Below, piece by piece: positions 1 to 10,085 of a stretch of 64,000 nt of DNA. Source of the stretch: Escherichia phage slur14; the sequence record NC_028448.1. One strand, 5' to 3'. Position numbers and translations under genes: made by a program. A model generated the notes under the pieces. That model was not told where the DNA came from and searched no databases. It saw only the letters and a list, made by a program, of their open reading frames with translations. How positions within the stretch are numbered: the first letter of the stretch is position 1; each line of letters starts with the position of its first letter.

Positions 1-1590
1 TCTGGTTCTAAAAGACCAATACCAGCATGTGTAATTCCAAAACGTCCAAAAATGATAGGAGTTAAAGAAGTAGATACAAAATTTCTGAAATAGAATACTT
101 TATTTTTAACTAGTGCTTCGTATATAGGAGCAGTCATACTTTGAGCACGATAAACTGTAATGCCTTCTGGTATACGATCACCATTTTCAAAAGCAGAATC
201 TAAATTAGTTATAGCAGCTTCAATTTCTTTTTCACTCATTACTTCATAACGTTCTGGATCATAACGACCCAAAAGAAGATTATTGATGTCAGTATATCCT
301 GAACCGCAATACTCTCTAATGCCACGCTTTTGTGATGGAGTATATTTAGAACCATCACGGGCAATAGTAATATCAATCATTGGACCTGCACCAATTCCAG
401 AGAAACTATAAATCATTCTTTTGAGGAATTTAGTTTTTGTCGCGTTCCAGGAATTTTTAGTTATTTCTTCCCAGACTTCATCTGGCTGTCCTTTACGGGT
501 TTTATTATGTTTATCAAGCCAAGTATCTTTATATTCTTCAAATAATTGATTAACAGCTGCTGCGTATTTCTCTAAACATTTTATTGAAGTAGTCGGTTCA
601 TTTTTAATCGCATTAAGAATTACATCTTTAATTTTTTCAGAAACTTCATTAACCTCACTTTTTGAAAAGAATTTATAGTCATAATGAAGTTCATCTGCAG
701 TTCCTTCGGCAATGATTTTTGCTGCCTTAGTTTTAGAAGCTAATGAATTAATTCCAATTTTCATTTCTTCTGCTTCGGGAATTAAAGGTGCAGTAGCTGG
801 TTTATTAAAATTAGCTGCTGTAGATTCATACTTCTGGAATAATTCACTTTCAAATCTAGAAGACTCTAATGATTGACTTTGTGCAATTGCTCTACGGGAA
901 ATTTTAACTTTAACGATTACAGCTTGATCAGAACGTTTATCATTTTCTTGTGCAATAGATGCTGCAATTGCCTCATTTTTAGTTACTTGAGCTCCAGTAT
1001 CTTTATTGATATAAACATCACCGACCTTCGATTCAACTTTAGTAAAGAGCTCGGTACTAATTTCCGGAACCCCTGGAATGTCTTCTAGCGATACATTTTT
1101 GCGATGTATAAGAATATATGCATACTTTTTATCATAATCCCAGAGTTCCTTAAGAAGGACGTATCTGCCACCTGAACGACTACGGATAAGTCTATCAGCA
1201 ATAACTTGAATTTGTCGAGCTTGACCAGCAGTTTTAGACTTAAGAATACGGAGCATACAGGCATCAATTTTATACTGACGCATTGTTTGCATTGCAACAG
1301 TAAAAACCGAATTGATATAATTAATTGGGCTTGGACCAAGACCTTTCAATTTAGCAATTGAACCTTTAGCGGTTAATGTAAAAGGAACAATATGCATCAT
1401 TTTATCGCCCATCTTTAAATCGCGATTAGTATCACCTCCAGATGTATAGGTACATAAACGAAAACCTGGTTGTTCAATTGCGTCATCAACATGAACTGAA
1501 AAAATTTGTGGTATTTTCTTCTTTGGATTTAAGTTTGTAATTGGAAGAGTAGTATCTTCGTCAAATAATTCTGTAATTAGTTCCATCATA
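1..1590 (-). CDS. alt: ADP-ribosyltransferase Alt, 3' end cut by window edge
   Basis: Continuous minus-strand frame from ATG at 1588-1590 (GAGAGGA SD upstream) running off coordinate 1; translation contains ...YEALVKNKVFYFRNFVSTSLTPIIFGRFG... as remembered for T4 Alt. Absent from ORF track because the stop lies outside the window. Confidence 0.85.
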
Positions 1591-1638
1591 TCCTCTCTAG
1601 TGTTTATTCTATTTATAAAATTAAAGGCCCGAAGGCCT

Positions 1639-1827
1639 TTAGTAATCTAGTGGTAAGAGAGTACGATATATTTCAAACTTTGGTCCTTTTTCATAGGCAT
1701 CAAATGTTTCTGTAAATTTATTATAAGCGTATGCATCTACAAATTCGAGAATGACTTGTGATACAGAAGTAGAAACATCTCCACCTTCTTTTTGAGCAAT
1801 GACAATTGTTTCTAAGTAAGCTTTCAT
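1639..1827 (-). CDS. hypothetical small protein between alt and gene 30
   Basis: 62-aa ORF, start overlaps ligase stop; hairpin plus T-run downstream at about 1620-1640. Confidence 0.5.
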   Translation of the reverse strand: MKAYLETIVIAQKEGGDVSTSVSQVILEFVDAYAYNKFTETFDAYEKGPKFEIYRTLLPLDY

Positions 1828-3287
1828 AGACCAGTTACCTCATGAAAATCACCAAATACATCCTCGAATGTATTAGCTTTAGTTTTATCTTCACGTAAAC
1901 GAATCGCAATCGGAAGAAATAATTTAACGTAATCAGTGCGGCCATCAGATTTTAACCAACCGTTGCATTCGCACTCTAGAATTTTTCCAATATAATAATT
2001 TTGGTTTTCCATAATGCGAGTACGGTCAAGTTCATGTGATTTTACACCGGCTTTATCTTTTAAGCCTGAACCAGCATTTACCTTAATTTTTCCACACTCT
2101 GACTCAAGAATAAATCCACCCGCTTTAGTAGGGTCTTTACGGTGAGGATAAATTCCTACAATTTTTAAATCAACATCAATTACTTCTTTAAATTTATAGA
2201 GATTTTTTGAACGAGCATTTTCCCATAATCCATCGATATTTTTGAGAATAATACCTTCAAGACCTTGGTCAATATACTTTTTATAAATTACCTTAGCTTC
2301 ATCTAGGTTATTTACTACCTGGTTTTCAATTAAAATTACTTTATCATAGCCTGATGTCATTTGTTCTAGTTTAGAAAAACGTACATCATATTTTAAACGA
2401 AACGCCGGAAGACCGTATATTTCTACCAACGGGACATAATCCCAGACCTGAAACTTCATGCATTGAGCTTCTTTTTCGGAAATGGTTCCCTTTAAAGATT
2501 TATTAGCGATTCCATTAGAAGTAGTACGTGATTCAGCTACTTCGGCGAATTCTTTGGCTTTACTAATTTCAGGATAAGCATCAAAAAGAAAATCTAGGCC
2601 TTCTGGCTCCTTTTTAACTTGCTCATGGTATACCAATTCGCCATCAATTAACACGCCTTCTGGATGAATCTGGCGGGCTTCAGCGGTCATTTTGATTAAT
2701 TCTTCCTTAAGAAGATCTAATCCTAGATATTCATTACCGGCTCGTGATAAAAGACGAACATCATCTAATTCATCACCTCTGACTTCGGCAAAGCACCGAG
2801 CCCCATCAGCTTTTAACTGGGCAAAGGCTGGAAATTTGATATTCTTATTAATGCCTTTTTCATCATAAGAACTTGCCAGCATTTGAGGTTGTTCAGGAAT
2901 TAAACCTGGCCAAACTTTGTTTGCAATAGATACTGAAGCACCACATTCAAGGTCTCGCATCATCACTCGACGCAAAACTTCAACATCATCTTTTTTACCA
3001 TCGGTGATATATCCAGTTAATTCCTCAATTGCTGCATTTCCAGTCAATTTCCGAGTAGCTAATGTGAATTCAATGAAGTCAAGCATATCGGTAAGAGTCA
3101 ACATTCCAAAACTCTGGGTAGCAATACCAGGTTTAGGCCATTTCTTGATATAATACTGCAGCCCACGAGAATAAGTCAGACGATATACTCGTTTAAGCAA
3201 TTCATTATCTTTATTCTTTTCAAGAATTGCTTGCTTCTGCTTAGTTGAACCAATAGATGCTATTTCGTTCAGAATTTTAAGAATCAT
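1824..3287 (-). CDS. 30: ATP-dependent DNA ligase gp30
   Basis: 487 aa; KADGAR adenylation motif (LKADGARCFAEV); length and position as T4 gp30. Confidence 0.95.
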   Translation of the reverse strand: MILKILNEIASIGSTKQKQAILEKNKDNELLKRVYRLTYSRGLQYYIKKWPKPGIATQSFGMLTLTDMLDFIEFTLATRKLTGNAAIEELTGYITDGKKDDVEVLRRVMMRDLECGASVSIANKVWPGLIPEQPQMLASSYDEKGINKNIKFPAFAQLKADGARCFAEVRGDELDDVRLLSRAGNEYLGLDLLKEELIKMTAEARQIHPEGVLIDGELVYHEQVKKEPEGLDFLFDAYPEISKAKEFAEVAESRTTSNGIANKSLKGTISEKEAQCMKFQVWDYVPLVEIYGLPAFRLKYDVRFSKLEQMTSGYDKVILIENQVVNNLDEAKVIYKKYIDQGLEGIILKNIDGLWENARSKNLYKFKEVIDVDLKIVGIYPHRKDPTKAGGFILESECGKIKVNAGSGLKDKAGVKSHELDRTRIMENQNYYIGKILECECNGWLKSDGRTDYVKLFLPIAIRLREDKTKANTFEDVFGDFHEVTGL

Positions 3288-3553
3288 TGTTCATCCTTCA
3301 GAGTTTGATTTACAGCTCTATTATAAATCAATTCATCATTAAGCTCAGTTAAAGACCTATGATATGTAGTTCTAACTTTATTTCCTTGCATCCAGTGCTT
3401 GATATAAATGAAACCTTGCTCTACACATTTTTTAAAAATTCGTTCGTCTTTTTGAGCTCGGAATTCTGGATTGCATCTAAAAAATTGATTTACGTGACCG
3501 TAATCACGTGTAGTATTACCTTCATTTTCATAAATAGTGTGAACAACAAACAT
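3284..3553 (-). CDS. hypothetical protein (T4 30.1 position)
   Basis: 89-aa ORF translationally coupled to neighbours. Confidence 0.6.
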   Translation of the reverse strand: MFVVHTIYENEGNTTRDYGHVNQFFRCNPEFRAQKDERIFKKCVEQGFIYIKHWMQGNKVRTTYHRSLTELNDELIYNRAVNQTLKDEQ

Positions 3554-4392
3554 TAGAATGCTCCTTGGAAAATATTATCACCACAAGTAGGTCTATTATA
3601 CAAATACTCTATACCGCCGGGTTTAATATAGTTCCATGTCTGAAACGGATGTGTCTGATATGGATGATATAGATGATTATAAGGATTAAATCCAGGAGTT
3701 CTCCAGGTAGTGTTCCAACGAAAAGAATCGTTTTTAATCATCTTTTCAATTACATCTTTTATAGCTTTTTCACTATCAAAACTTTCTTTATTTTCCTTTG
3801 GTGAAAAAAGCTTATTCTCTACATCGTTCCATGTATAAACTCGCTGAGCAGTTTTTGGAATACTGTCACGTTCCCCTCGAGCCATCCAATAAACAGGAAC
3901 ACTTAATATTTCACTCGCGTGATCGCAGTGGTGAGCGAGATCGTCAATATAACAAATTACGTTATATTTCTCTTTTGCCTTTTTGAACAACTCTTCTTTT
4001 GAAGAATCATGACCACACATCAGTACTTCTGAGAAGGCACCAGGAAAAAGAGCATTCAAATTAAATTGACGATTCAGCAGAGCGTCAATAGAATCACCCA
4101 GCGCTGTAACAGCTACAAAATTATAATCTTCTTTTAATTTGTTAATTACACACAGAGCATCTTTATATGGAGACAAGTAACGAATAAAATCTGAACGATT
4201 GTATTTTTCAATTAACTTGACACCAAGTTCTTCATCACAATTAAAAAGTTTACCAGGAGAAATAAATTTTTCATCTTGGATCATTTTTAAAATATGTTCC
4301 AACGGAAGATTATATTTCTGAGCAAAATAAGGAAGGCCTGATTGCCAGCTTAAACACACTCCATCAATATCAGTTAAAATAGTAGGCTTCAT
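3553..4392 (-). CDS. HAD-superfamily hydrolase-like protein (T4 30.2 position)
   Basis: 279 aa; N-terminal LTDIDGVCLSW resembles HAD motif I (DxDG[TV]). Confidence 0.6.
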   Translation of the reverse strand: MKPTILTDIDGVCLSWQSGLPYFAQKYNLPLEHILKMIQDEKFISPGKLFNCDEELGVKLIEKYNRSDFIRYLSPYKDALCVINKLKEDYNFVAVTALGDSIDALLNRQFNLNALFPGAFSEVLMCGHDSSKEELFKKAKEKYNVICYIDDLAHHCDHASEILSVPVYWMARGERDSIPKTAQRVYTWNDVENKLFSPKENKESFDSEKAIKDVIEKMIKNDSFRWNTTWRTPGFNPYNHLYHPYQTHPFQTWNYIKPGGIEYLYNRPTCGDNIFQGAF

Positions 4393-4853
4393 AGAGAGTC
4401 TCTTAATAGGTTTAACACATCAATAAATTCAGCTTCGGTTAGTATTGTATCATCTTTTGTTAGACCACTAGCCATGCTGTGCTTCAAAACTTTTCCTTTC
4501 GAGGCTTGTAATGCATCACGAAAGCCCTTGTTTTGGATCACTGCTTCAAAATATGCATTTGTGTATAATTCTTTCCACGCCGGGGAGTATCTTGAAAATG
4601 GAACTCCAAGCCAGAAGAGGGTTCCACGGTCCTGAGCTCTTGCATAAGACCTTCCAGCTTGTTGGGCGGCAAGCCCGGATAACCCAAATATACGACGTTG
4701 TTGTTCAACGTTTTTCACCTTGCATCCTTGGAGGAATCCTTCAAGACCTCCAAATTGAATACCATCCATAACGAAAGGCCATTGGGCGAAATTACTTAAT
4801 GTACATGATGGCCACCTAAAATTGCTTCTAATCTCTAACTCAGACATTTTCAA
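4389..4853 (-). CDS. NADAR/YbiA-like (DUF1768) domain protein (T4 30.3 position)
   Basis: 154 aa; LSNFAQWPFVMDGIQFGGLEGFLQ resembles the YbiA/NADAR FSNF..WP..DG core. Confidence 0.6.
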   Translation of the reverse strand: MKMSELEIRSNFRWPSCTLSNFAQWPFVMDGIQFGGLEGFLQGCKVKNVEQQRRIFGLSGLAAQQAGRSYARAQDRGTLFWLGVPFSRYSPAWKELYTNAYFEAVIQNKGFRDALQASKGKVLKHSMASGLTKDDTILTEAEFIDVLNLLRDSL

Positions 4854-5046
4854 TGCTTATAATTTCAACATCAGCCCAATGACCATAGCAAGGAAGACGA
4901 AATTCAACTGGCCAGTTAGGGTCCTTTTCTAATATAATAGACTCAACTCGTGGTTCTTCACGTTCATCAGTATATGGATTTTTATCTGTTACTTTATATG
5001 TGACCTTAATGTACTGAATTCCAAAAATCTTATTAATTATATTCAT
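4840..5046 (-). CDS. hypothetical protein (30.4 position)
   Basis: 68-aa ORF in operon context. Confidence 0.5.
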   Translation of the reverse strand: MNIINKIFGIQYIKVTYKVTDKNPYTDEREEPRVESIILEKDPNWPVEFRLPCYGHWADVEIISIENV

Positions 5047-5240
5047 ACTAATTCCTTTAATCCGTAGATAGGAGATAATTCATCACCCATACGAAGGTCT
5101 TCATTTCCATCTACCCAGGAAACAATATAAGCCTCTTTTATTTGAATACCACTCCATTTAAATGGAGGTAGAACCTTAGAAATTAATCCAGGTATACCAA
5201 CTCCCTTTAATTCAACAGTTTGACCTAAAAAGAATTTCAT
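5043..5240 (-). CDS. hypothetical protein (30.5 position)
   Basis: 65-aa ORF, start/stop overlap with neighbours. Confidence 0.5.
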   Translation of the reverse strand: MKFFLGQTVELKGVGIPGLISKVLPPFKWSGIQIKEAYIVSWVDGNEDLRMGDELSPIYGLKELV

Positions 5241-5527
5241 TAGAACCTCATCTGAAAACCGTGCGATTTAACATTACCGCCGCCAATATCAGAGATATTA
5301 ATTTCGCGCGCAATTGAAGGGTCAATGTCAATTTCGCGATTGAGTTTAGTGATAGCTAAAGTATCACGCCCATTTACAGTACGGAACTCTAAAGGACAAA
5401 CCACATCAACGTAGTTTTTAATCGATTCGCTAGTAGGCTGCAAATGAGCAGGAAGGTCTTTAGGCGCCTTTGAGAAAACCACTTCACAGAAATTTTTGCG
5501 GGTATCAAAATAAGTAGTCATAAACAT
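5240..5527 (-). CDS. hypothetical protein (30.6 position)
   Basis: 95-aa ORF. Confidence 0.55.
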   Translation of the reverse strand: MFMTTYFDTRKNFCEVVFSKAPKDLPAHLQPTSESIKNYVDVVCPLEFRTVNGRDTLAITKLNREIDIDPSIAREINISDIGGGNVKSHGFQMRF

Positions 5528-5568
5528 AGTATTTTCCTCAGTAAGGGGCCGAAGCCCCTCATTTTATT

Positions 5569-5946
5569 TTAAATATCAAATTCGTTAAGAACTACATCAA
5601 AGATTGCTTCAAGATGCTCAGGTTTAGCTCTGTTACTCAGAATATGACGAATCCAAGTTTTAACCAGAAGCTTGCGATTAACGCCATTCCAGCAAGGATG
5701 AGTCCCTAAATCGCGTTGACGAAAATCATCATCCAAAGCAATTTTGAAGTTGGAACCTTCCATTGTGATTGAAACCGTGATGCCATTTTCAAATCGCATA
5801 TAAACGTAGTTAGGAGTCATATACTGTTCAATTTCGCATACTGATCCATTTTGATGTTTCCAAAGGCAGATGGTATCAATAGAACCTGCAATACCATTAG
5901 AAACATATTTACGTTCAAAGTTAATGTAGTTCATTTTATTCTCCAA
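5569..5946 (-). CDS. hypothetical protein (30.7 position)
   Basis: 125-aa ORF; early-type promoter upstream (5950-6000). Confidence 0.6.
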   Translation of the reverse strand: MENKMNYINFERKYVSNGIAGSIDTICLWKHQNGSVCEIEQYMTPNYVYMRFENGITVSITMEGSNFKIALDDDFRQRDLGTHPCWNGVNRKLLVKTWIRHILSNRAKPEHLEAIFDVVLNEFDI

Positions 5947-6001
5947 GATGTTTAATTGCGGTACAGGTATATAATATCATGTCCTGTACCAAAGTAAACA
6001 A

Positions 6002-6334
6002 TTATTTTACTACTTTCCAATGCTGCATGTCAAGTTTACCAACTTTTTTCATCTTCTCAATTAAGCGTTCGGCACGTTGGCGAGCTGTAACATAATACCA
6101 TTCACCTAATTCATTTTGTTCAATTTTTCCAACGATTACTGTATTCAATTCATAAATCCAACCAGTAAAGAAATTATGAACTTGAATTGTAAAGGTGAAA
6201 TCTGTTCCCATACCTTCTGTTGTTTCTACTTCAATAATATCACCTTCAACTGCCATTAAGAACCACATAGTTTCATCATATTTACCATTGAAGCATTTAG
6301 TTTTAACTGCAGCGTTCAGATTAATCGTTTTCAT
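6002..6334 (-). CDS. hypothetical protein (30.8 position)
   Basis: 110-aa ORF. Confidence 0.6.
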   Translation of the reverse strand: MKTINLNAAVKTKCFNGKYDETMWFLMAVEGDIIEVETTEGMGTDFTFTIQVHNFFTGWIYELNTVIVGKIEQNELGEWYYVTARQRAERLIEKMKKVGKLDMQHWKVVK

Positions 6335-6410
6335 TTTATTCTCCTTTGTTTGTGTAAGATAATACTATCACAAAGGAACCATACTGTAAACAACTTTATG
6401 CAATCTTTGG

Positions 6411-6440
6411 AAAATAAAAAAGGACTCCCGAAGGAGTCCT
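6411..6440 (-). terminator. intrinsic terminator after the 30.9-position gene
   Basis: Minus-strand AGGACTCCTTCGGGAGTCCT followed by TTTTTTATTTT. Confidence 0.65.
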
Positions 6441-6444
6441 CAAC

Positions 6445-6621
6445 TTATGCTTTCTGCTTACCAAAACGAGAAGCATCATCTCGAAGAACCGCACGTGCTC
6501 GGCGCATGATCTTCTCAACAGTTTGATTGATACGAGAGTTCGACCCACGCTTGTAGCCAGCGCGTTTAGAATCACCAACTTTCTTTTCAACTGCTTTCTT
6601 TGCTTTAGCTTGTTTTGCCAT
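6445..6621 (-). CDS. small highly basic protein (30.9 position)
   Basis: Start moved to ATG at 6619-6621 (MAKQAKAKK...); 58 aa, Lys/Arg-rich; terminator hairpin downstream at 6421-6440. Confidence 0.55.
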   Translation of the reverse strand: MAKQAKAKKAVEKKVGDSKRAGYKRGSNSRINQTVEKIMRRARAVLRDDASRFGKQKA

Positions 6622-7019
6622 TATAAATTCTCTTTTAAATGAAAATGCAGGACTTATTGGCATTGCCTGCGCAAGCCCTCAAGGGGAACATAGGTTTTTG
6701 GATATTTAACGACCAGGATAACCATAAACCCGTCATCATACCTTATAGCTCTTATCTGTTGCACACCGTTAGCTTAAAGGTTCCGGGTTCGATTTCTCGA
6801 GGATAAGATATATACTGATGGATATATAGGCCTTGAGGCGTACTCCCGATTGGCCATCACCTCGGGGTAGCATGCACTTGCCGCTATAAGAATAACATTC
6901 AAGAGGTACACCGTAAAACTGCCGGGGTCTTAAAACTATAATGATTCGCAAATCATTAATCAGACAGTTCGACGGCTCCTCGATTTTAGCTCACACTAAG
7001 GCAGTGAATCTCCAGTAAA

Positions 7020-7268
7020 TTACTTCAGTGTTACCACAAAGTGACGAACTGCTTTTCGTGCAGCAGAAGCCAAAGGCTTAGCATATTTAAGTTCATCTTT
7101 TTCCTGAAGCTCAGCAGCTAATGCAGTTTGAGCAGGATTCAGATGTTTGAAATAACGCAGGATTTCAAGAGCTTCGGCTTCAACATCAATAGATGCGCCA
7201 TAGTTTTCGTGACCATTATTCCATGCGTTTCGTTGCAGTTCAAGAGCGTGTTGTAATTGTTTAATCAT
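7020..7268 (-). CDS. rIII: lysis-inhibition accessory protein rIII
   Basis: 82 aa, MIKQLQHALELQRNAWNNGHENYG... as remembered for T4 rIII. Confidence 0.9.
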   Translation of the reverse strand: MIKQLQHALELQRNAWNNGHENYGASIDVEAEALEILRYFKHLNPAQTALAAELQEKDELKYAKPLASAARKAVRHFVVTLK

Positions 7269-7415
7269 TTAAAAATTCTCGTTAGAGATTAAAACTCGGT
7301 AGTCACGTTCTTCTGAATTTCATCTTCTTTCGACAGATCTCTCAGTTGTAGACTACCACATAGAATTGTTCGGTTAACTTATTATTCCGACACCCAATTC
7401 ATATTATTATTTATA

Positions 7416-7751
7416 TCACTTATAAAGACACGGAATAGCTTTATAGTGACAGGTAACAAATTTTTGTTTAATTTCTTTTGGCTGCTTAAGACCCAGAGCT
7501 ACAAAAGGATGCGGAACATTTCGAATTTGACCAACTGGGAGAGAAGTCAAATCACCAACTTCGCAGAAACCTTCAGGAACATCAGGACCGACAGAGTGAA
7601 TTACACACAGTTCAGGAACTTCACCTTGAACACGTTTACCGATAATAAGTCCTGATTCTGTAACTTCTTCATCACCGGCTTGTGCAGGTTCAGAAACTAA
7701 AATAACATATTCACCGACAGCACGAATTGGTAGCTGTTGTACTTCAGACAT
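7416..7751 (-). CDS. 31: head-assembly co-chaperonin gp31 (GroES-like)
   Basis: 111 aa, [19 protein letters not shown]...; position after rIII as in T4. Confidence 0.95.
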   Translation of the reverse strand: MSEVQQLPIRAVGEYVILVSEPAQAGDEEVTESGLIIGKRVQGEVPELCVIHSVGPDVPEGFCEVGDLTSLPVGQIRNVPHPFVALGLKQPKEIKQKFVTCHYKAIPCLYK

Positions 7752-7807
7752 CGTTTTTCCTTTTTGTTAACAGATGAGTTAATAATAACAAATAATTCTT
7801 AAAGCAT

Positions 7808-8116
7808 TTATTTACCAATAAATTGAAGCAAATGCTCAACTTTCATACCATTAACAGAAATCAATTTGTCAATAGAAAAACCTCGCCATGCACCGAGCTC
7901 AACATCAAATACTGGAATCATATCCGTAGATTCTTTCCGAGTAGATTCAGTCAATTTACCGGTTTGCATGGTTGGCATAAAGTCTGCATCACGAGTACCT
8001 TTCATAGTACGAATAGTACCATCAGACTTTTCAAAAACTACGTTTGAAACACCCATGGACAATTTAGTTTTCAAAATTTCACGAATTGCTACTTTCTGCT
8101 CAGTTGTTAGTTTCAT
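7808..8116 (-). CDS. hypothetical protein (31.1 position)
   Basis: 102-aa ORF. Confidence 0.6.
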   Translation of the reverse strand: MKLTTEQKVAIREILKTKLSMGVSNVVFEKSDGTIRTMKGTRDADFMPTMQTGKLTESTRKESTDMIPVFDVELGAWRGFSIDKLISVNGMKVEHLLQFIGK

Positions 8117-8353
8117 TTATTTACCTATCACAGTTTTAATATGAGTTGTTCCACGTTCTTTAAGGGTGGAAAGTAATTTTTGGCATTTTTCTAAATCAGA
8201 TTTCCAACTATATGGTCTATCAATACTAGTCCAATCAGTTTTATAATACTGTTTCCATTTAGAGAAAAAATATTTCTTATACTCTACAGCAAATGAGATG
8301 TTCTCGTTAGAATAAGAACTAATTGCTGTGAGCTTTACCAAACGAAATTTCAT
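8117..8353 (-). CDS. hypothetical protein (31.2 position)
   Basis: 78-aa ORF. Confidence 0.55.
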   Translation of the reverse strand: MKFRLVKLTAISSYSNENISFAVEYKKYFFSKWKQYYKTDWTSIDRPYSWKSDLEKCQKLLSTLKERGTTHIKTVIGK

Positions 8354-8934
8354 TATTCACCGCAGAATTCGTTGATATTTTCCCAGTTTAACTTATTCAA
8401 GTTTTTCTTAGGAACATTAAACACTTCAATACCTGCATTTCGCAGAATATCATCCCAACCAGGTTTATTTTTGTCGTATGTTTCACAATAAACCAGCTTT
8501 TTAATACCAGATTGAGCTATCGCTTTTGCGCAATCTGGGCAAGGAGAAAGTGTTACATACATAGTAGCACCTTCAATAGAAGAACCATTTCGTGCAGCAA
8601 ACAAAATTGCATTTAGTTCAGCATGAATTTCATTTTTAGATGACCATTCCGAGTGAGCACTACGATGTTCTTTCGCCAAAACAAAACGATCAGTTGAACC
8701 AAATGATACGCATTCAGGCTTATGACCTTGAATGATAGTATGTTTAGGCTTATTCAGCAACCAACCTTGCTCAGCAGCATAATCGCAGCAATTCACACCC
8801 CCGGCAGGTGAACCATTATATCCGGTAGAAATAATACGTCCATTCTTTTCAATTACCGCTCCTACCTTCCAGGAGCAACATTTTGATTCTTGTGATACTA
8901 AATATGCAATTTGAAGTACTGTACTCGCTTTCAT
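8353..8934 (-). CDS. cd: dCMP deaminase
   Basis: 193 aa; zinc-ligand motifs HAELNAI and PCPDCAK typical of cytidine/dCMP deaminases. Confidence 0.95.
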   Translation of the reverse strand: MKASTVLQIAYLVSQESKCCSWKVGAVIEKNGRIISTGYNGSPAGGVNCCDYAAEQGWLLNKPKHTIIQGHKPECVSFGSTDRFVLAKEHRSAHSEWSSKNEIHAELNAILFAARNGSSIEGATMYVTLSPCPDCAKAIAQSGIKKLVYCETYDKNKPGWDDILRNAGIEVFNVPKKNLNKLNWENINEFCGE

Positions 8935-9269
8935 TTCATAATCACCAGATAAGCAGATTTAGCAGTTTCAACACGATAAATTTCGTGACGAAGTTTAGTT
9001 ATACTTTTAATAACAGAACTAATTATATTCTGCCCATCTTTAAAGCGGTTTTTCTTATCAATAAAAATTGCACCAACCATCTTTTTGTGAAGCTCAACTG
9101 GATACTTCGTCACAATAATAGCATCATATACAGAAGGATGAATACTATTTACTAGAGTGTCATTCATTAAAGTTATTCTAATGAACTGTGCTGTTTCAGA
9201 GTCAAGCGCTCTATGATCGCCAGTATCATTTTCAAGACAATTATCAATTATATCAGTTAAATTCATCAT
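8931..9269 (-). CDS. hypothetical protein (cd.1 position)
   Basis: 112-aa ORF. Confidence 0.55.
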   Translation of the reverse strand: MMNLTDIIDNCLENDTGDHRALDSETAQFIRITLMNDTLVNSIHPSVYDAIIVTKYPVELHKKMVGAIFIDKKNRFKDGQNIISSVIKSITKLRHEIYRVETAKSAYLVIMK

Positions 9270-9502
9270 AGTACGCCATACACCCTTTGTGCTTCAACTA
9301 ATCCATCAAAATCCAGTTTAAGATGCGATATTTGATCGCCATCGCCTGGATTCACAATTACTAATACTGAACGAGGAGTTTCGGTAATAACACGAACCGA
9401 TGTTTCAGGAAATCGTTCAGAAACCTTATTTACCAATTCCTGAGCAAATAGTTTAACTTTTTCTTGGAATTCTTTAACAGTAATTGGTTTTTCACTTAGC
9501 AT
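9266..9502 (-). CDS. hypothetical protein (cd.2 position)
   Basis: 78-aa ORF. Confidence 0.55.
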   Translation of the reverse strand: MLSEKPITVKEFQEKVKLFAQELVNKVSERFPETSVRVITETPRSVLVIVNPGDGDQISHLKLDFDGLVEAQRVYGVL

Positions 9503-10023
9503 GTTGATCCCAGCTCCTTACTTTCAACGTTTTTAACTAATTTGACAGAAACTAATTCAGCATCTTGAGTAATCATTACCGGGCCTTCTTCATACTCTTC
9601 AAGATATTCTAGAGCTTTCTTTTTAGCTTCTTCCTTCGTATCAGTTTGAGCATAGATATAAAACATACAACCAGTAATACCTACTACTTTCCACTTAATT
9701 TCTTTATCAGTTTTAATTTCAAATTTACTGACAGAATCATCTTTTTGAACTTCTTCGAAAAAAGAATATTCTAACATATAAGCAATTGAAAATAACGGGC
9801 TAACTTTATAAGATTCGCCCATTACATCAACAGCTTTATACCAACAATCATCAATTTCGCGTTTAATGCTAATAACATTTTTCGCAGGATCTATTTTTAC
9901 TTTAAATGAATTTTCCCCAATAAACTGGGCAATTCGTTTATTAGCCCCGCAAGTTTCATTAAAAATATCTTTATATCCAGCTTTAAAGCGATAAACCTTA
10001 TCTTCTTCAAACCATTCGCTCAT
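9496..10023 (-). CDS. hypothetical protein (cd.3 position)
   Basis: 175-aa ORF; early-type promoter upstream at about 10030-10085. Confidence 0.6.
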   Translation of the reverse strand: MSEWFEEDKVYRFKAGYKDIFNETCGANKRIAQFIGENSFKVKIDPAKNVISIKREIDDCWYKAVDVMGESYKVSPLFSIAYMLEYSFFEEVQKDDSVSKFEIKTDKEIKWKVVGITGCMFYIYAQTDTKEEAKKKALEYLEEYEEGPVMITQDAELVSVKLVKNVESKELGSTC

Positions 10024-10085
10024 TTCAATTTCCTCATTTGTTTTGGTAGAGCTATAATATCACAACTCTACCGTAAAGTAAACTA

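Noticed and set aside
2917-3153. Plus-strand ORFs embedded antisense in minus-strand genes (also 11232-11531, 17034-17300, 22859-23338, 25103-25351, 39671-40021, 47446-47949, 50750-51208 and others)
   Set aside because: They lie wholly within well-supported genes on the other strand, lack SD sequences and have low-complexity translations; treated as shadow ORFs.
6781-6805. tRNA-like T-arm motif GGTTCGATT
   Set aside because: Flanking bases cannot form a T-stem or acceptor stem on either strand; no cloverleaf found.
6769-6951. 60-aa minus-strand ORF inside the GC-rich island
   Set aside because: Low-complexity translation, no SD, no coupling to neighbours; the region is treated as non-coding.
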